IMG/VR virus record: IMGVR_UViG_3300046542_000332
Location: 1-64,000 of that record
Source: a virus
DNA length: 64,000 nt
Strand: one strand, 5' to 3'
The translations under genes and the position numbers were made by a program. Below the pieces are notes generated by a model. It was not told the DNA's origin. It did no database searches and saw only the letters and a list, made by a program, of their open reading frames with translations. Position 1 is the stretch's first letter. The number at the start of each line of letters is the position of its first letter. Shown one piece after another: positions 9,546 through 17,613 of the stretch.

Positions 9546-10270
9546 TGGTCAGCGTCCTTATTGGTCGGCTCTGCGCTATCAGCGACGACGCGGCGAACAG
9601 CCTTCATCCCCTTGCGCGCATAAGGCATGCCTACAAAGATTGGCGCGCGCGGGGACACTGGCGACCAGGTAGCGGCATCATCCTCAATGAACTGGTCATC
9701 CTTCTCGATGATTTCGCCGTCTTCCAGCAAGCGATATTGCGTAGCGACCAAAACAGTCGGCTCTGCGCTGGCGGATAGGGCGGCTTCGATGTCCTTCGCC
9801 TGATGTCGCAGCAGGCAGGCTATGTCTCCTAGTGATTGAGGGGCGTCATCACCCCTTTGCGTGGCATTCAGCGCAGAATCACACCAGTGAGCCGCAAGTT
9901 TGAGCGCCTTTCGCAGTCGCTCAACCTCGCCCGCATCGGATCGGGTGTAGAGCGGATCACCCTCTTTCAGGGCCAGGCTCGCGCGAGGCTTCCACATGAC
10001 GCAGCCCAAGGCGTCAGATCGAAACCAGGCAACCGGCTGCTTTCCGGCTTCTTTCTGCTCAATCTGATCCTTCAACGCCTCGACCTTGGCCACGTCGCCG
10101 CCGGTTTCCTGCCAGAATTCCCACAGCGCCTGCTGTTTTGGCGGGCCGTATTTCTCAGCGCGCACGCCGTTGTGCATGTCGCGGGTCGGCGCGCCTGTGC
10201 AGTGCTTGGTCTTGTACTGCTCGCAGTGCCACGCCTCGAAGCCTTCGCGCATTTCTTCCTTGCTCATCAC
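9542..10270 (-). CDS. Mosaic phage protein (Ead/Ea22-like)
   Basis: REGFEAW, QPVAW...PLYT and EVERLR modules typical of Pseudomonas phage Ea22-like proteins. Confidence 0.6.
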   Translation of the reverse strand: MMSKEEMREGFEAWHCEQYKTKHCTGAPTRDMHNGVRAEKYGPPKQQALWEFWQETGGDVAKVEALKDQIEQKEAGKQPVAWFRSDALGCVMWKPRASLALKEGDPLYTRSDAGEVERLRKALKLAAHWCDSALNATQRGDDAPQSLGDIACLLRHQAKDIEAALSASAEPTVLVATQYRLLEDGEIIEKDDQFIEDDAATWSPVSPRAPIFVGMPYARKGMKAVRRVVADSAEPTNKDADQ

Positions 10271-10282
10271 TCACCCCTTCGT

Positions 10283-10786
10283 TTATTTGTCGCCGGACTG
10301 CGCGGCCTGTTTTTCCTGAGCAAGCTGCTCAGCTCTTTTGTTCAGCTCGCTTTCGGCTTCCACGCCCAACGCCAGCTCTTCCTCAATGGTCAGGCGGTAA
10401 TCGCGGACAGCGAACTCCAAGACGCCTTGGATATGCGCCATCCCGAGCGCGAGCGCCAGGCGTGAATCGGCCAATTGAAGCGCGTCGATGTGATGGCGCA
10501 CCAATTTATGGATTAGCTCCTTGGTCATCGGTGACGTGTAGCTACTCACCGGCTCCATGTTGGCCGCCAGCTGCTCAAGCGTGTACTGGACCGAATAAGG
10601 CGCCGGCCGGAACGTGGCCGGGTCTTGGCTCAGGTAGTTGCGCATGGTGCGCTCACTGATACCGATAGCCTCGGCGGCCTTGGCCTGAGTTATGCCGCAC
10701 GCCTTCACCAGGCTGCGCAGATAAGCCGCGTCTGGCTTGTGCAGGGCTGCATCAGGCTTGGCGCCATGAAGGTGTTTAAAACTCAT
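10283..10786 (-). CDS. aca1: Anti-CRISPR-associated protein Aca1 homologue with an extra C-terminal domain of about 85 aa
   Basis: KPDAALHKPDAAYLRSLVKACGITQAKAAEAIGISERTMRNYLSQDPATFRPAPYSVQYTLEQLA aligns along its length with Aca1 as recalled (PDASNHDPDPRYLRGLLKKAGISQRRAAELLGLSDRVMRYYLSED...RPAPYTVQFALECLA). Confidence 0.85.
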   Translation of the reverse strand: MSFKHLHGAKPDAALHKPDAAYLRSLVKACGITQAKAAEAIGISERTMRNYLSQDPATFRPAPYSVQYTLEQLAANMEPVSSYTSPMTKELIHKLVRHHIDALQLADSRLALALGMAHIQGVLEFAVRDYRLTIEEELALGVEAESELNKRAEQLAQEKQAAQSGDK

Positions 10787-10851
10787 TGGACTTTTCCCTT
10801 TGTTGGTACCAGAAAACCCCCAATCAAGGGGGCTGTTCTAGTCGCTGGCAG

Positions 10852-11103
10852 TTACGCGCCTACGGCTTCCTCTTCAACAGCGGTGCAATGATCGAGGCAG
10901 ACGCAACCGCTCTTGCCTTCCAGCCAGATAACAGCCGTGTGGCCGCTCAGAACCTGCGCCTCACTCTTCGACTTGCCCCGGAAGGTTTCGCCCTGGCCGA
11001 TAATCGACTCATACGAAACGGTGGTGCCTTCTGGATTGGCGGCGTTCCACTTGTCGCACTGTTTTTGCAGCTGGGCAGCGGACGGGCGTTTTGGTGCTGG
11101 CAT
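10852..11103 (-). CDS. Small hypothetical protein, candidate anti-defence gene directly upstream of aca1
   Basis: Start MPAPKRP with AGGAG RBS; 83 aa. Confidence 0.7.
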   Translation of the reverse strand: MPAPKRPSAAQLQKQCDKWNAANPEGTTVSYESIIGQGETFRGKSKSEAQVLSGHTAVIWLEGKSGCVCLDHCTAVEEEAVGA

Positions 11104-11170
11104 GGGTGAATCTCCTATGTTGGTACTGGAAAATCCCGCACGGGCGGGCTGGGGGCGCAGTGGATGGCGC

Positions 11171-11455
11171 TTAATGCTTGTGATGCTCGATACAAGCCGT
11201 TTCGCTTTCAAAGACCAGCTCAGCGCCAGCCAGGTTAAGCGGAATGCTCAGGTGCTCGGCCAGCCGCACAAAGCCGTTCTTGCTACCCAGAATCAGCATG
11301 TGGCCGGCGCACTGGTGATCCGTCTTCTTGTGGCAGACAAAGGAATCGGCCGCGAGGATTTCCTGCGTCCGTGGCGCCCCAAGCCAACCCTTTTGGGTGT
11401 CCTTTCGAAAAGGGCAGTCACGGCACGGCCGGGCCATGTTGGGCAGCTTTTGCAT
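11171..11455 (-). CDS. Cys/His-rich small protein (DUF6283-like), candidate anti-defence gene
   Basis: PCRDCPFRKD...FVCHK...QCAGH; AGGAG RBS. Confidence 0.7.
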   Translation of the reverse strand: MQKLPNMARPCRDCPFRKDTQKGWLGAPRTQEILAADSFVCHKKTDHQCAGHMLILGSKNGFVRLAEHLSIPLNLAGAELVFESETACIEHHKH

Positions 11456-11525
11456 CTGGTGACTCCTGGCTGTTATCTGGTAACTGGAAAGCCCGCACAG
11501 GGCGGGCTTGGATTGCGGGCTCGGT

Positions 11526-11861
11526 CTACGCCGGGATTTTCCGGCCTTCGGTTTTTATGGTGACTGCCATCTGCTCAGGATCATGACCTTTCTCCACGTA
11601 TTGGGCCTTGATGCCCTCTGCGGTCGCATCATCCGAAACCCAACCCTTGGCCAGGGTGGTCCAGCCGCCAAAGCCAACAAACACGCCATCGATCACCACG
11701 CGCTCGCGCTTCATCACATAGGCCAGCTGAGCCGGCTTGGTGAGATACACGAACCCATCTCCCTTGCACTTGAAGCAAACGCCATTCAAAACGTTACCGT
11801 GCTGCCATAGGCGTTTTTCGCCGGCGCATCGGGAGCAAGGCTTGGTTTTGAATTTGTTCAT
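11526..11861 (-). CDS. Zinc-finger protein, first gene of the aca1 operon, candidate anti-defence gene
   Basis: CSRC...GVCFKCKGDG; GGAG RBS; directly after the promoter. Confidence 0.7.
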   Translation of the reverse strand: MNKFKTKPCSRCAGEKRLWQHGNVLNGVCFKCKGDGFVYLTKPAQLAYVMKRERVVIDGVFVGFGGWTTLAKGWVSDDATAEGIKAQYVEKGHDPEQMAVTIKTEGRKIPA

Positions 11862-11897
11862 GGCGCTGTCTCCGGTGGTTTCGTTCAGCTTGGGAGG

Positions 11898-11926
11898 ATA
11901 ATAGGCACGGACTGCCTACATATCAA
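11898..11926 (-). promoter_or_regulatory. Sigma70 promoter TTGATA-17-TATTAT containing the Aca1-type operator TAGGCACGGACTGCCTA (11902-11918)
   Basis: Near-consensus -35/-10 with exact 17-nt spacing; inverted repeat TAGGCA-N5-TGCCTA resembles the known Aca1 operator TAGGCACAATGTGCCTA. Confidence 0.8.
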
Positions 11927-11934
11927 CAACTTTT

Positions 11935-11982
11935 TAACGTTTTAGCGCTTTAACTCATTTGAGGTATGGCGCTATACCGCCA
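11935..11982. repeat. Array of six degenerate 8-mers (RHH/ParG-type)
   Basis: taacgttt tagcgctt taactcat ttgaggta tggcgcta taccgcca. Confidence 0.55.
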
Positions 11983-11994
11983 TCGGGCGCCCAC

Positions 11995-12020
11995 AAAAAA
12001 GCCCGCGCGCGGCGGGCTTC
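11995..12020 (-). terminator. Intrinsic terminator after darA
   Basis: aagcccgc-gcgc-ggcgggctt stem followed by a U-tract on the minus strand. Confidence 0.75.
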
Positions 12021-12037
12021 TGGTCATGGGTTAAGGG

Positions 12038-15000
12038 TTAGAAGGCGCCAGCGGTGGCCTTGAGCGCGTAGTCCCGGAAGGCATCCGAGGCTTCGATAAA
12101 CAGCTCGCTCAGCTTGTCCTCGCCATAGGCCGCATAGATCCGCTCAAGCTCCTTGAGTACGTCGCCAGGGCTGCCCAGGTCGGTGGTGCCGCCAATGATG
12201 CTGTCCAAGTAGGATTTGGCTTGCTGCAAGCTCTCGTCCTCGTCTGGCTCGGGTACCGGCTCAGGCTCAGGGGCGGGGGAGGCCGCCGGTTGGCTAAACA
12301 TGTCGGTCTGGTCGATGGCAAACAGTCCCTCGCCATACTCCTGCTCAAGTTTGCGGTTGGCCGCGCCCACAATGTCGGTGAAGCTGGCCGGCTCATCACC
12401 AAATAGGCCGGCGGTCTGCTTGCGGATGTTCTCGCTCTCGACGAACTGCGCCATGGCCTTGAACGCGGTGCTCATGCGTTTGGCGCTGCGGTTGTTGGCA
12501 CTGATGAACACGGCCATGGCTGCTACGGCCGGATCGGTACCGCCGAACATGTCGCCTTGGCGCAGGAATTCGTCCAGGCCCATGCCGGCCTCTTTGGCCT
12601 GGCGCAGCACGTTGGTAGCGCCAATGATGGCGTTTACCGCTTCCTGATTCAGCGACAGCTCCAGGGAGTCTGTCACCTGCTCGCCGGCCTTCTCGGCGCC
12701 CACCCGGTCCTGTTCCTTGGCCCGCATGAAGTCAGGCGCGGCGCTGTTCAAGGCCGAAACGATGTTGGCAATCTCAGGCTTGGCCTGGTCCGCCGTCATT
12801 TCCAGCAAGCGGTCATCGGAGTAGGCGCCAGCAAACAGCGCGGCCTGTAGACGGCTGATCAGGCCCGACGTCGGTTTGCCGTCGGTGGTCAGGTACTGCG
12901 CCGCCTCGGCATCGCCCAGCGATTGCAGGAAGGCCGCCACAAAGTCACGGTTTGCCGCGCTGTTGAGGTCGCCGTCTGCCAGCTTGGCCAGCATGGCGGT
13001 GTCCAGGCGCTTGGCATCGCTGCGGGCTTTCTCGGTGGCGGTCATCGCCAGCTTGTCGTCCTGGTTCGCTTCCACGGCGAACTCCACGCGGTTGATGGCG
13101 GTTTTACGGACACGAATCAGCACCGGGGCTTTCATGCGCTGGATCTTGGCCACGTCCACGCCGAAGTATTCCGCGTTTTCCACCAGCCACTCGCGGTATT
13201 CATCCGCCTGGCCGATACGGTAGGCCTCACGGATCGCCATGGCGCGGCCGTTGCCCGACTCGACCACACGGTCAGCGCCAACGATAGGCGCGCCGCTGTC
13301 AGCGCGCTGGGTGCGCCCCAGGCTGTCCGGATCGAGGTTGCGGGCGGTTTTCTGTACCCAGGCCTGCGAAGTGGTGCGCGCACGGTCACGCGGCTGGATT
13401 TCTGGCGGGTACTCCGGGTTTACCGTGCCGTCCGTCTCGTGACTGATGATCAGGTTCTTCGCCTCGATCACCTTGAAGCCGGTCACGACCTTGGAGCCCT
13501 TCGCGGTCTTGACGGTGTTGTCGCGGCCTTCGGCCTCTATAGTGCCAGTGTCTTCGTCAGCGCCTGTATCTGCGGACAACTTAGCTGCTGCGGCTGCCTG
13601 AGCGGCTTCCTCGGCACGCTCTGCCAGATGCGCGGCCAACATGGCCTCTTCTTCTGGCGTCTCAGGCGCCACGGTGGAGGCGGCCTTGATAGCTTTGGCA
13701 GCCTCGGCCGGGGCCACGCCATCGGCGTAGAGCTGTTTCACCAGGGTGTTTTGGCCCAAGGCTACCGAGTCGGCATCACCGGTGCTGATGTCCATCAGTT
13801 CCGCCAGCGCTTCCAGTACATCGCCTTCCCAATCCAGGTAAGACGGCTTGGCGCCGGCGGCAGCTGGCTCACTCACTTCTGGCCCGCGATAGCCGGTGTC
13901 CCATAGCTGTTTGGCCATGTCGACCACATCACGCGACAGGTTGCCGTAGAAAGCATCACCAACGGCCATTCCGGCCAGGCGAGCGCGAGCACCAGTCAGG
14001 GCTCCGATCAAGCGCTGTACCTTTTCCGGGTCCGCGAGTGCTGGAACGGCGAACGGGTCAACAACGCCAGACAGGTCGACCACCTCGCCTACTTTCGGAT
14101 CATACACGTCGGTATTGAGCAACTTCGTCATGTACTGGACGCCATCCTTGACCAGATACACGTTTTCGGAGCCGGTGCTGAGCACTACTGCCTCGCCAAG
14201 GGCTGCAATGTCGGCGTAGTCCTCCAGGATCACGCTCGCGGTGCTTACGGGCGTTACCGGATCAGCTACCGGCGCCGTCTCCACGACTGGGGCAAGGGCA
14301 GGCTCAGCAGCCACCGGTGCGGCCTTCTTCGCCTCAAGCTGTGCGGTCAGGTCGCTGATCTGTGCGTCCAGGCTGGCCAGCTCGCCGGTTTTGGCTTCTA
14401 CCAGCGCCTTTTGCTCATCGAGCGCGGCGGTGCGGGCGGCCTTGCCTTCGTTGGCCTTGATGAACTTTGCGCTGTTCTTCTGGATCAGCGCCATGATGCG
14501 GCGGGCGACGATACGCGGGTTGATGTCCTGGCCGCTCTCGGGCGCCACCACGGCGGTGATGTCCTTCTTGTTCTGTACCCACTTCCAGCTGATCAACTCG
14601 TCGGATGGCGTCAGCTTGTTGGGCGTGCTGTCCGGGTTGTGAAAGAACACCGACACGCTCTGGCCGTCATCCATGGCGAAGAGCATGGCCACTTGAGTGG
14701 TGCCCTTGCTCTTGAATGGCTTGCTCACTTCAACGGTGGCCGCTTGGACTTCACCGCCCACGTTCTGCATCACCTTGAGCAGCTGAGCGGCCTTGCGTTC
14801 AAACTGCTTGTACTCGATCACCATGGCATCGAGCATGGCGGCGTCGTCGGCCAGGTGCTCAGTGATGTCGGCCATGGTGGCGCTGTCCATCAGCAGGCCG
14901 TCTGGATCGGTTCGGCGCAGCTCATACAGCAAGGCGCCCACGGTCTGCCCTTCCGGGAGGTTGTCAGCGCCCCAGCGCGCGAATACATCAGTCATGCTCA

Positions 15001-15538
15001 GTGCCTCGTCTTTTGGGATGTTTGGTAGATCAGGGGAGAGGGGGCGGCTCAAATCCCCATGCTTGAGCCAGTGCTTGAATTGCTTGATGGTGCAGGCGGC
15101 GACACTGCCCAGGCCGGTCCAGCCCTTTTCATAGCTGTTCATGTACGCGGCGCAGGCCTGGTCCTGGTCGGTAAAGCCCAGCATTACCTTGTGCTCGTCG
15201 AACGTGCCGCCCTTGCCGTTCTGATTGATCACGTACACGCGCAGGCTTTCCGGCGCCGGTCCCACGAACACGTCTATCGCGTCACCGTCGGCGCCCTTGG
15301 TGCCGTTCACATAGCCGTAATGCGCCATGCAGGTGATCGACCACGGCTTACCGTCCTGCTTGCCCCGCCGGGACTGGAACATGGGGGTTTCGATGGTGAT
15401 GCGCAGGCCGTGCATGCGAAACGAGCCCTTGGCGTAGTTGCCGGCCCGGATCTGCGCGGGCGTGGGCTGTGCTGTCGAGCCCATGCCAAAAGCGCCGGCA
15501 TGCGCGGCGCTTTGGAGTTTGCTGAAAACGTCGGTCAT
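12038..15538 (-). CDS. darA: DarA-like anti-restriction/head protein fused to an N-terminal inorganic-pyrophosphatase-like domain and a C-terminal DdrB-type ParB domain
   Basis: AGNYAKG...HYGYVNGTKGADGDAIDVF...FDEHKVMLGF (InPase-like); DGQSVSVFFHNPDSTPNKLTPSDELISWKW (DarA N domain); QPRDR...GAPIV...VESGNGR (ddrB-ParB). Confidence 0.8.
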   Translation of the reverse strand: MTDVFSKLQSAAHAGAFGMGSTAQPTPAQIRAGNYAKGSFRMHGLRITIETPMFQSRRGKQDGKPWSITCMAHYGYVNGTKGADGDAIDVFVGPAPESLRVYVINQNGKGGTFDEHKVMLGFTDQDQACAAYMNSYEKGWTGLGSVAACTIKQFKHWLKHGDLSRPLSPDLPNIPKDEALSMTDVFARWGADNLPEGQTVGALLYELRRTDPDGLLMDSATMADITEHLADDAAMLDAMVIEYKQFERKAAQLLKVMQNVGGEVQAATVEVSKPFKSKGTTQVAMLFAMDDGQSVSVFFHNPDSTPNKLTPSDELISWKWVQNKKDITAVVAPESGQDINPRIVARRIMALIQKNSAKFIKANEGKAARTAALDEQKALVEAKTGELASLDAQISDLTAQLEAKKAAPVAAEPALAPVVETAPVADPVTPVSTASVILEDYADIAALGEAVVLSTGSENVYLVKDGVQYMTKLLNTDVYDPKVGEVVDLSGVVDPFAVPALADPEKVQRLIGALTGARARLAGMAVGDAFYGNLSRDVVDMAKQLWDTGYRGPEVSEPAAAGAKPSYLDWEGDVLEALAELMDISTGDADSVALGQNTLVKQLYADGVAPAEAAKAIKAASTVAPETPEEEAMLAAHLAERAEEAAQAAAAAKLSADTGADEDTGTIEAEGRDNTVKTAKGSKVVTGFKVIEAKNLIISHETDGTVNPEYPPEIQPRDRARTTSQAWVQKTARNLDPDSLGRTQRADSGAPIVGADRVVESGNGRAMAIREAYRIGQADEYREWLVENAEYFGVDVAKIQRMKAPVLIRVRKTAINRVEFAVEANQDDKLAMTATEKARSDAKRLDTAMLAKLADGDLNSAANRDFVAAFLQSLGDAEAAQYLTTDGKPTSGLISRLQAALFAGAYSDDRLLEMTADQAKPEIANIVSALNSAAPDFMRAKEQDRVGAEKAGEQVTDSLELSLNQEAVNAIIGATNVLRQAKEAGMGLDEFLRQGDMFGGTDPAVAAMAVFISANNRSAKRMSTAFKAMAQFVESENIRKQTAGLFGDEPASFTDIVGAANRKLEQEYGEGLFAIDQTDMFSQPAASPAPEPEPVPEPDEDESLQQAKSYLDSIIGGTTDLGSPGDVLKELERIYAAYGEDKLSELFIEASDAFRDYALKATAGAF

Positions 15539-15560
15539 AGAGCGCTCCCTGAAAGCCGCC

Positions 15561-15602
15561 ACGATACCGTCCGTTTCCCCCGCTCCCGGCGGGTGGTTTG
15601 CG
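15561..15602 (-). promoter_or_regulatory. Late promoter (CGCAAACC ... TATCGT)
   Basis: GCAAA-30-YANNNT consensus. Confidence 0.6.
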
Positions 15603-15617
15603 CCAAATCGCAGGCAC

Positions 15618-15643
15618 AAAAAAGGGCGCCGCGCGGCGCCCTT
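15618..15643 (-). terminator. Terminator after the par operon
   Basis: gggcgcc-gcgc-ggcgccc plus U6 on the minus strand. Confidence 0.75.
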
Positions 15644-15660
15644 GGGGTAAACCTGAGCCC

Positions 15661-15912
15661 TTAGAACTCTGGTTTTGGTGTCTCGTCGATCAGCACGCCG
15701 ACGACATCAGAAATCGAGCAGCCTTTGGCGATGGCCAGTAGGCGCAGCTTTTTCTTCTGATCCGGCGTCACGTAGCTGTTTAGCCGCTCTTTGGCGCCCA
15801 GCTTGATCACCTTAGGTGCTGGCTTGGCGGGCGCACGACCTGCCGCCGCTTCCACGTCTGCCAGGATGTCCTCCACCGGGCGGGCGCGCTGCTTGATTTT
15901 CAATTCACTCAT
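15661..15912 (-). CDS. Ribbon-helix-helix centromere-binding protein (ParG-like, type Ib partition)
   Basis: 83 aa directly downstream of parA; RLNSYVTPDQKKKLRLLAIAKGCSISDVV RHH pattern. Confidence 0.75.
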   Translation of the reverse strand: MSELKIKQRARPVEDILADVEAAAGRAPAKPAPKVIKLGAKERLNSYVTPDQKKKLRLLAIAKGCSISDVVGVLIDETPKPEF

Positions 15913-15983
15913 AAGTCACCTGCCTGTTTAACGTTACGGCGTTTCGCGCATCATAGTGCATCTGACACCTTAACGTCTATTCA

Positions 15984-16619
15984 CTACGCCAACAGCGCCA
16001 GCACTTCGTCACGCAGCGCGCGTAACTCACGGGCGGCCAAGCCATTGGGTTGGGTATCGAGCGGGGTTTGCCCGGTCAGCTGCGCGTTCGGGTGTGCGGT
16101 ACGCGCCACGAGGCGCGATTGCAGCACCGGGAAGCCGTAGCCCGCCAGCGTCTTGGCAATGCTCTTGCTCAGTTTCGAGTTACCGAGGGCACGATTCACC
16201 ACGAAATACGCTCTCAGCGTCTGGCCGGTGCCTTCCAGCTCGTCCATGCGGTCTTGGATCATAGCCACGATGTCGCTGGTGGCCCACACGTCCAGCGGCG
16301 ACGGCGTGACCGGGATAATGACGATATCGGCCACGGCAATCGTTTTCTTGGCCAAGTCGGCGGCCTTCGCGGTGCCGTCGATGATCACGATGTCGTTGGT
16401 CAGGCGCGGGATCTGCGAAGCCAGCTGAGTGCTGGCGATGGTGTAGAGCGTTACCGGCTGATTCTCGTTCTCCCCGGCACAGTCCTGCATGCTGCCCTGA
16501 GGGTCGGAGTCGACCAGTGCCACGTCGCGGCCATACAGGTGCAGCGCTTGCGACAGCCCAAGGCAGATAGTCGTCTTGCCCACGCCACCCTTTCCGTTCA
16601 ACACCGCCAAAACTGTCAT
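15984..16619 (-). CDS. parA: Short ParA (ParF-like) partition ATPase
   Basis: NGKGGVGKTT deviant Walker A, DSDPQGS, IIDGT; about 211 aa with no N-terminal HTH. Confidence 0.9.
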   Translation of the reverse strand: MTVLAVLNGKGGVGKTTICLGLSQALHLYGRDVALVDSDPQGSMQDCAGENENQPVTLYTIASTQLASQIPRLTNDIVIIDGTAKAADLAKKTIAVADIVIIPVTPSPLDVWATSDIVAMIQDRMDELEGTGQTLRAYFVVNRALGNSKLSKSIAKTLAGYGFPVLQSRLVARTAHPNAQLTGQTPLDTQPNGLAARELRALRDEVLALLA

Positions 16620-16656
16620 GTCCTGCGCTCCATCCAATTGAGTATGGTGCGGATTC

Positions 16657-16720
16657 TAGCGCTATCACGCTATAACGCAATAGGGTTGTCGCGCTATGAC
16701 GCCTTGGCGCTAATGCGCTA
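16657..16720. repeat. Centromere/operator array of eight degenerate 8-mers upstream of parA
   Basis: tagcgcta tcacgcta taacgcaa tagggttg tcgcgcta tgacgcct tggcgcta atgcgcta. Confidence 0.7.
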
Positions 16721-16738
16721 CAGTGTTTATGCAGACGT

Positions 16739-16764
16739 AAAAAAGCCCCGGCTGGCGGGGCTCT
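16739..16764 (-). terminator. Intrinsic terminator
   Basis: agccccg-gctgg-cggggct plus U-tract on the minus strand. Confidence 0.65.
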
Positions 16765-16781
16765 TGTGGATGACGGGATGA

Positions 16782-17069
16782 CTAGCGAATGGTGTTGAGC
16801 GCCAGCGTTTCCAGCGGCGCCGGGCAATGAACGGACGGATCAGGCGGCCATACCCCCTCACTGATCATCTGGCACTTCCATTCGTGATCTACCACGGCTT
16901 GATCGTAATCACTGCCACCCAGCAGGCTTACCAAAAACAGATACAGCGCAACCATCAGCAAACAGCCGACCCAAATGGCCTGGCGTTGACGCTTAAGATT
17001 TCTAGCTCTCATCGGTCTTGTCCTTTCTCTGGCGTTTGTCGAAAGCCTCGACGAAAAAGACATTATCAT
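16782..17069 (-). CDS. Small membrane protein
   Basis: Transmembrane helix followed by a DYDQA...KCQMISEGVWP motif seen in phage proteins; true start may be internal. Confidence 0.55.
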   Translation of the reverse strand: MIMSFSSRLSTNARERTRPMRARNLKRQRQAIWVGCLLMVALYLFLVSLLGGSDYDQAVVDHEWKCQMISEGVWPPDPSVHCPAPLETLALNTIR

Positions 17070-17095
17070 TTGATTGTTCTATCTGTAAACATCAC

Positions 17096-17114
17096 TACAT
17101 CAATTTTATGTTTT
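17096..17114. promoter_or_regulatory. Putative operator TACATCAATTTTATGTTTT
   Basis: 17/19 identical to 59326-59344; lies between divergent genes. Confidence 0.4.
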
Positions 17115-17124
17115 ATATGGAGAA

Positions 17125-17613
17125 ATGCGCATGTCAGAAGCACCGGCAGGAATGAAAATCATGGTGTCCATAGGTGGCTACGGCGCCGCTGGGGCTGAGC
17201 CTATCACCCTGGTAGCGTTCAAAAGTAACGCCTTGGGCACTCTGACTGTTTTGCAGAAGGTAACGTATAGGGAGATTGCAGACGAAGGCTTTGCCTTTGT
17301 GACGAACCTTCGCCTAAAGGACTATGACTGCCTGTTCAAGGAGGAACACTTGGCGGACGCAATCACCGCGTACAAGGAGGCCGAAGGTATGGGCACGATC
17401 ATGCTGGCCGACGACGTAGCCCGCTGGCGCCCCCGGATCGAATCGGATGGTGTAGACACGCAGGGACAGAAATACCGCCTGGCGGCGGATATCGGAAACG
17501 CAGAGGTGGCGATACTGGCGCTGGCGCACTTCATGTCACGCCAACGCGGTATCGAGTCACTGGGGCGAATGACTGACGACATCGCCCGGCTGTATCAAAT
17601 CACGTCGATTTAA
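17125..17613 (+). CDS. Hypothetical protein of P1-like phage-plasmids
   Basis: GGAG RBS; one of only two convincing plus-strand genes. Confidence 0.7.
   Translation: MRMSEAPAGMKIMVSIGGYGAAGAEPITLVAFKSNALGTLTVLQKVTYREIADEGFAFVTNLRLKDYDCLFKEEHLADAITAYKEAEGMGTIMLADDVARWRPRIESDGVDTQGQKYRLAADIGNAEVAILALAHFMSRQRGIESLGRMTDDIARLYQITSI

Noticed and set aside
11126-11516. Partial resemblance of the intergenic hairpins (cccgcac(a)gggcgggc..tggattg) to a type I-C CRISPR repeat, suggesting RNA anti-CRISPRs
   Set aside because: The similarity is on the non-transcribed strand, the stem register differs, the GAAAC end is missing, and the same hairpin serves as a terminator at about 37144
15539-15619. Upstream extensions of ORF-track starts (darA 15619; also 2156, 20761, 22420, 39695, 47183, 55221)
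   Set aside because: They overlap promoter or terminator motifs or neighbouring genes and lack an RBS; downstream ATGs with an RBS were preferred
17083-17098. Possible LexA box (ctgtaaacatcactac)
   Set aside because: The right half-site is not ACAG
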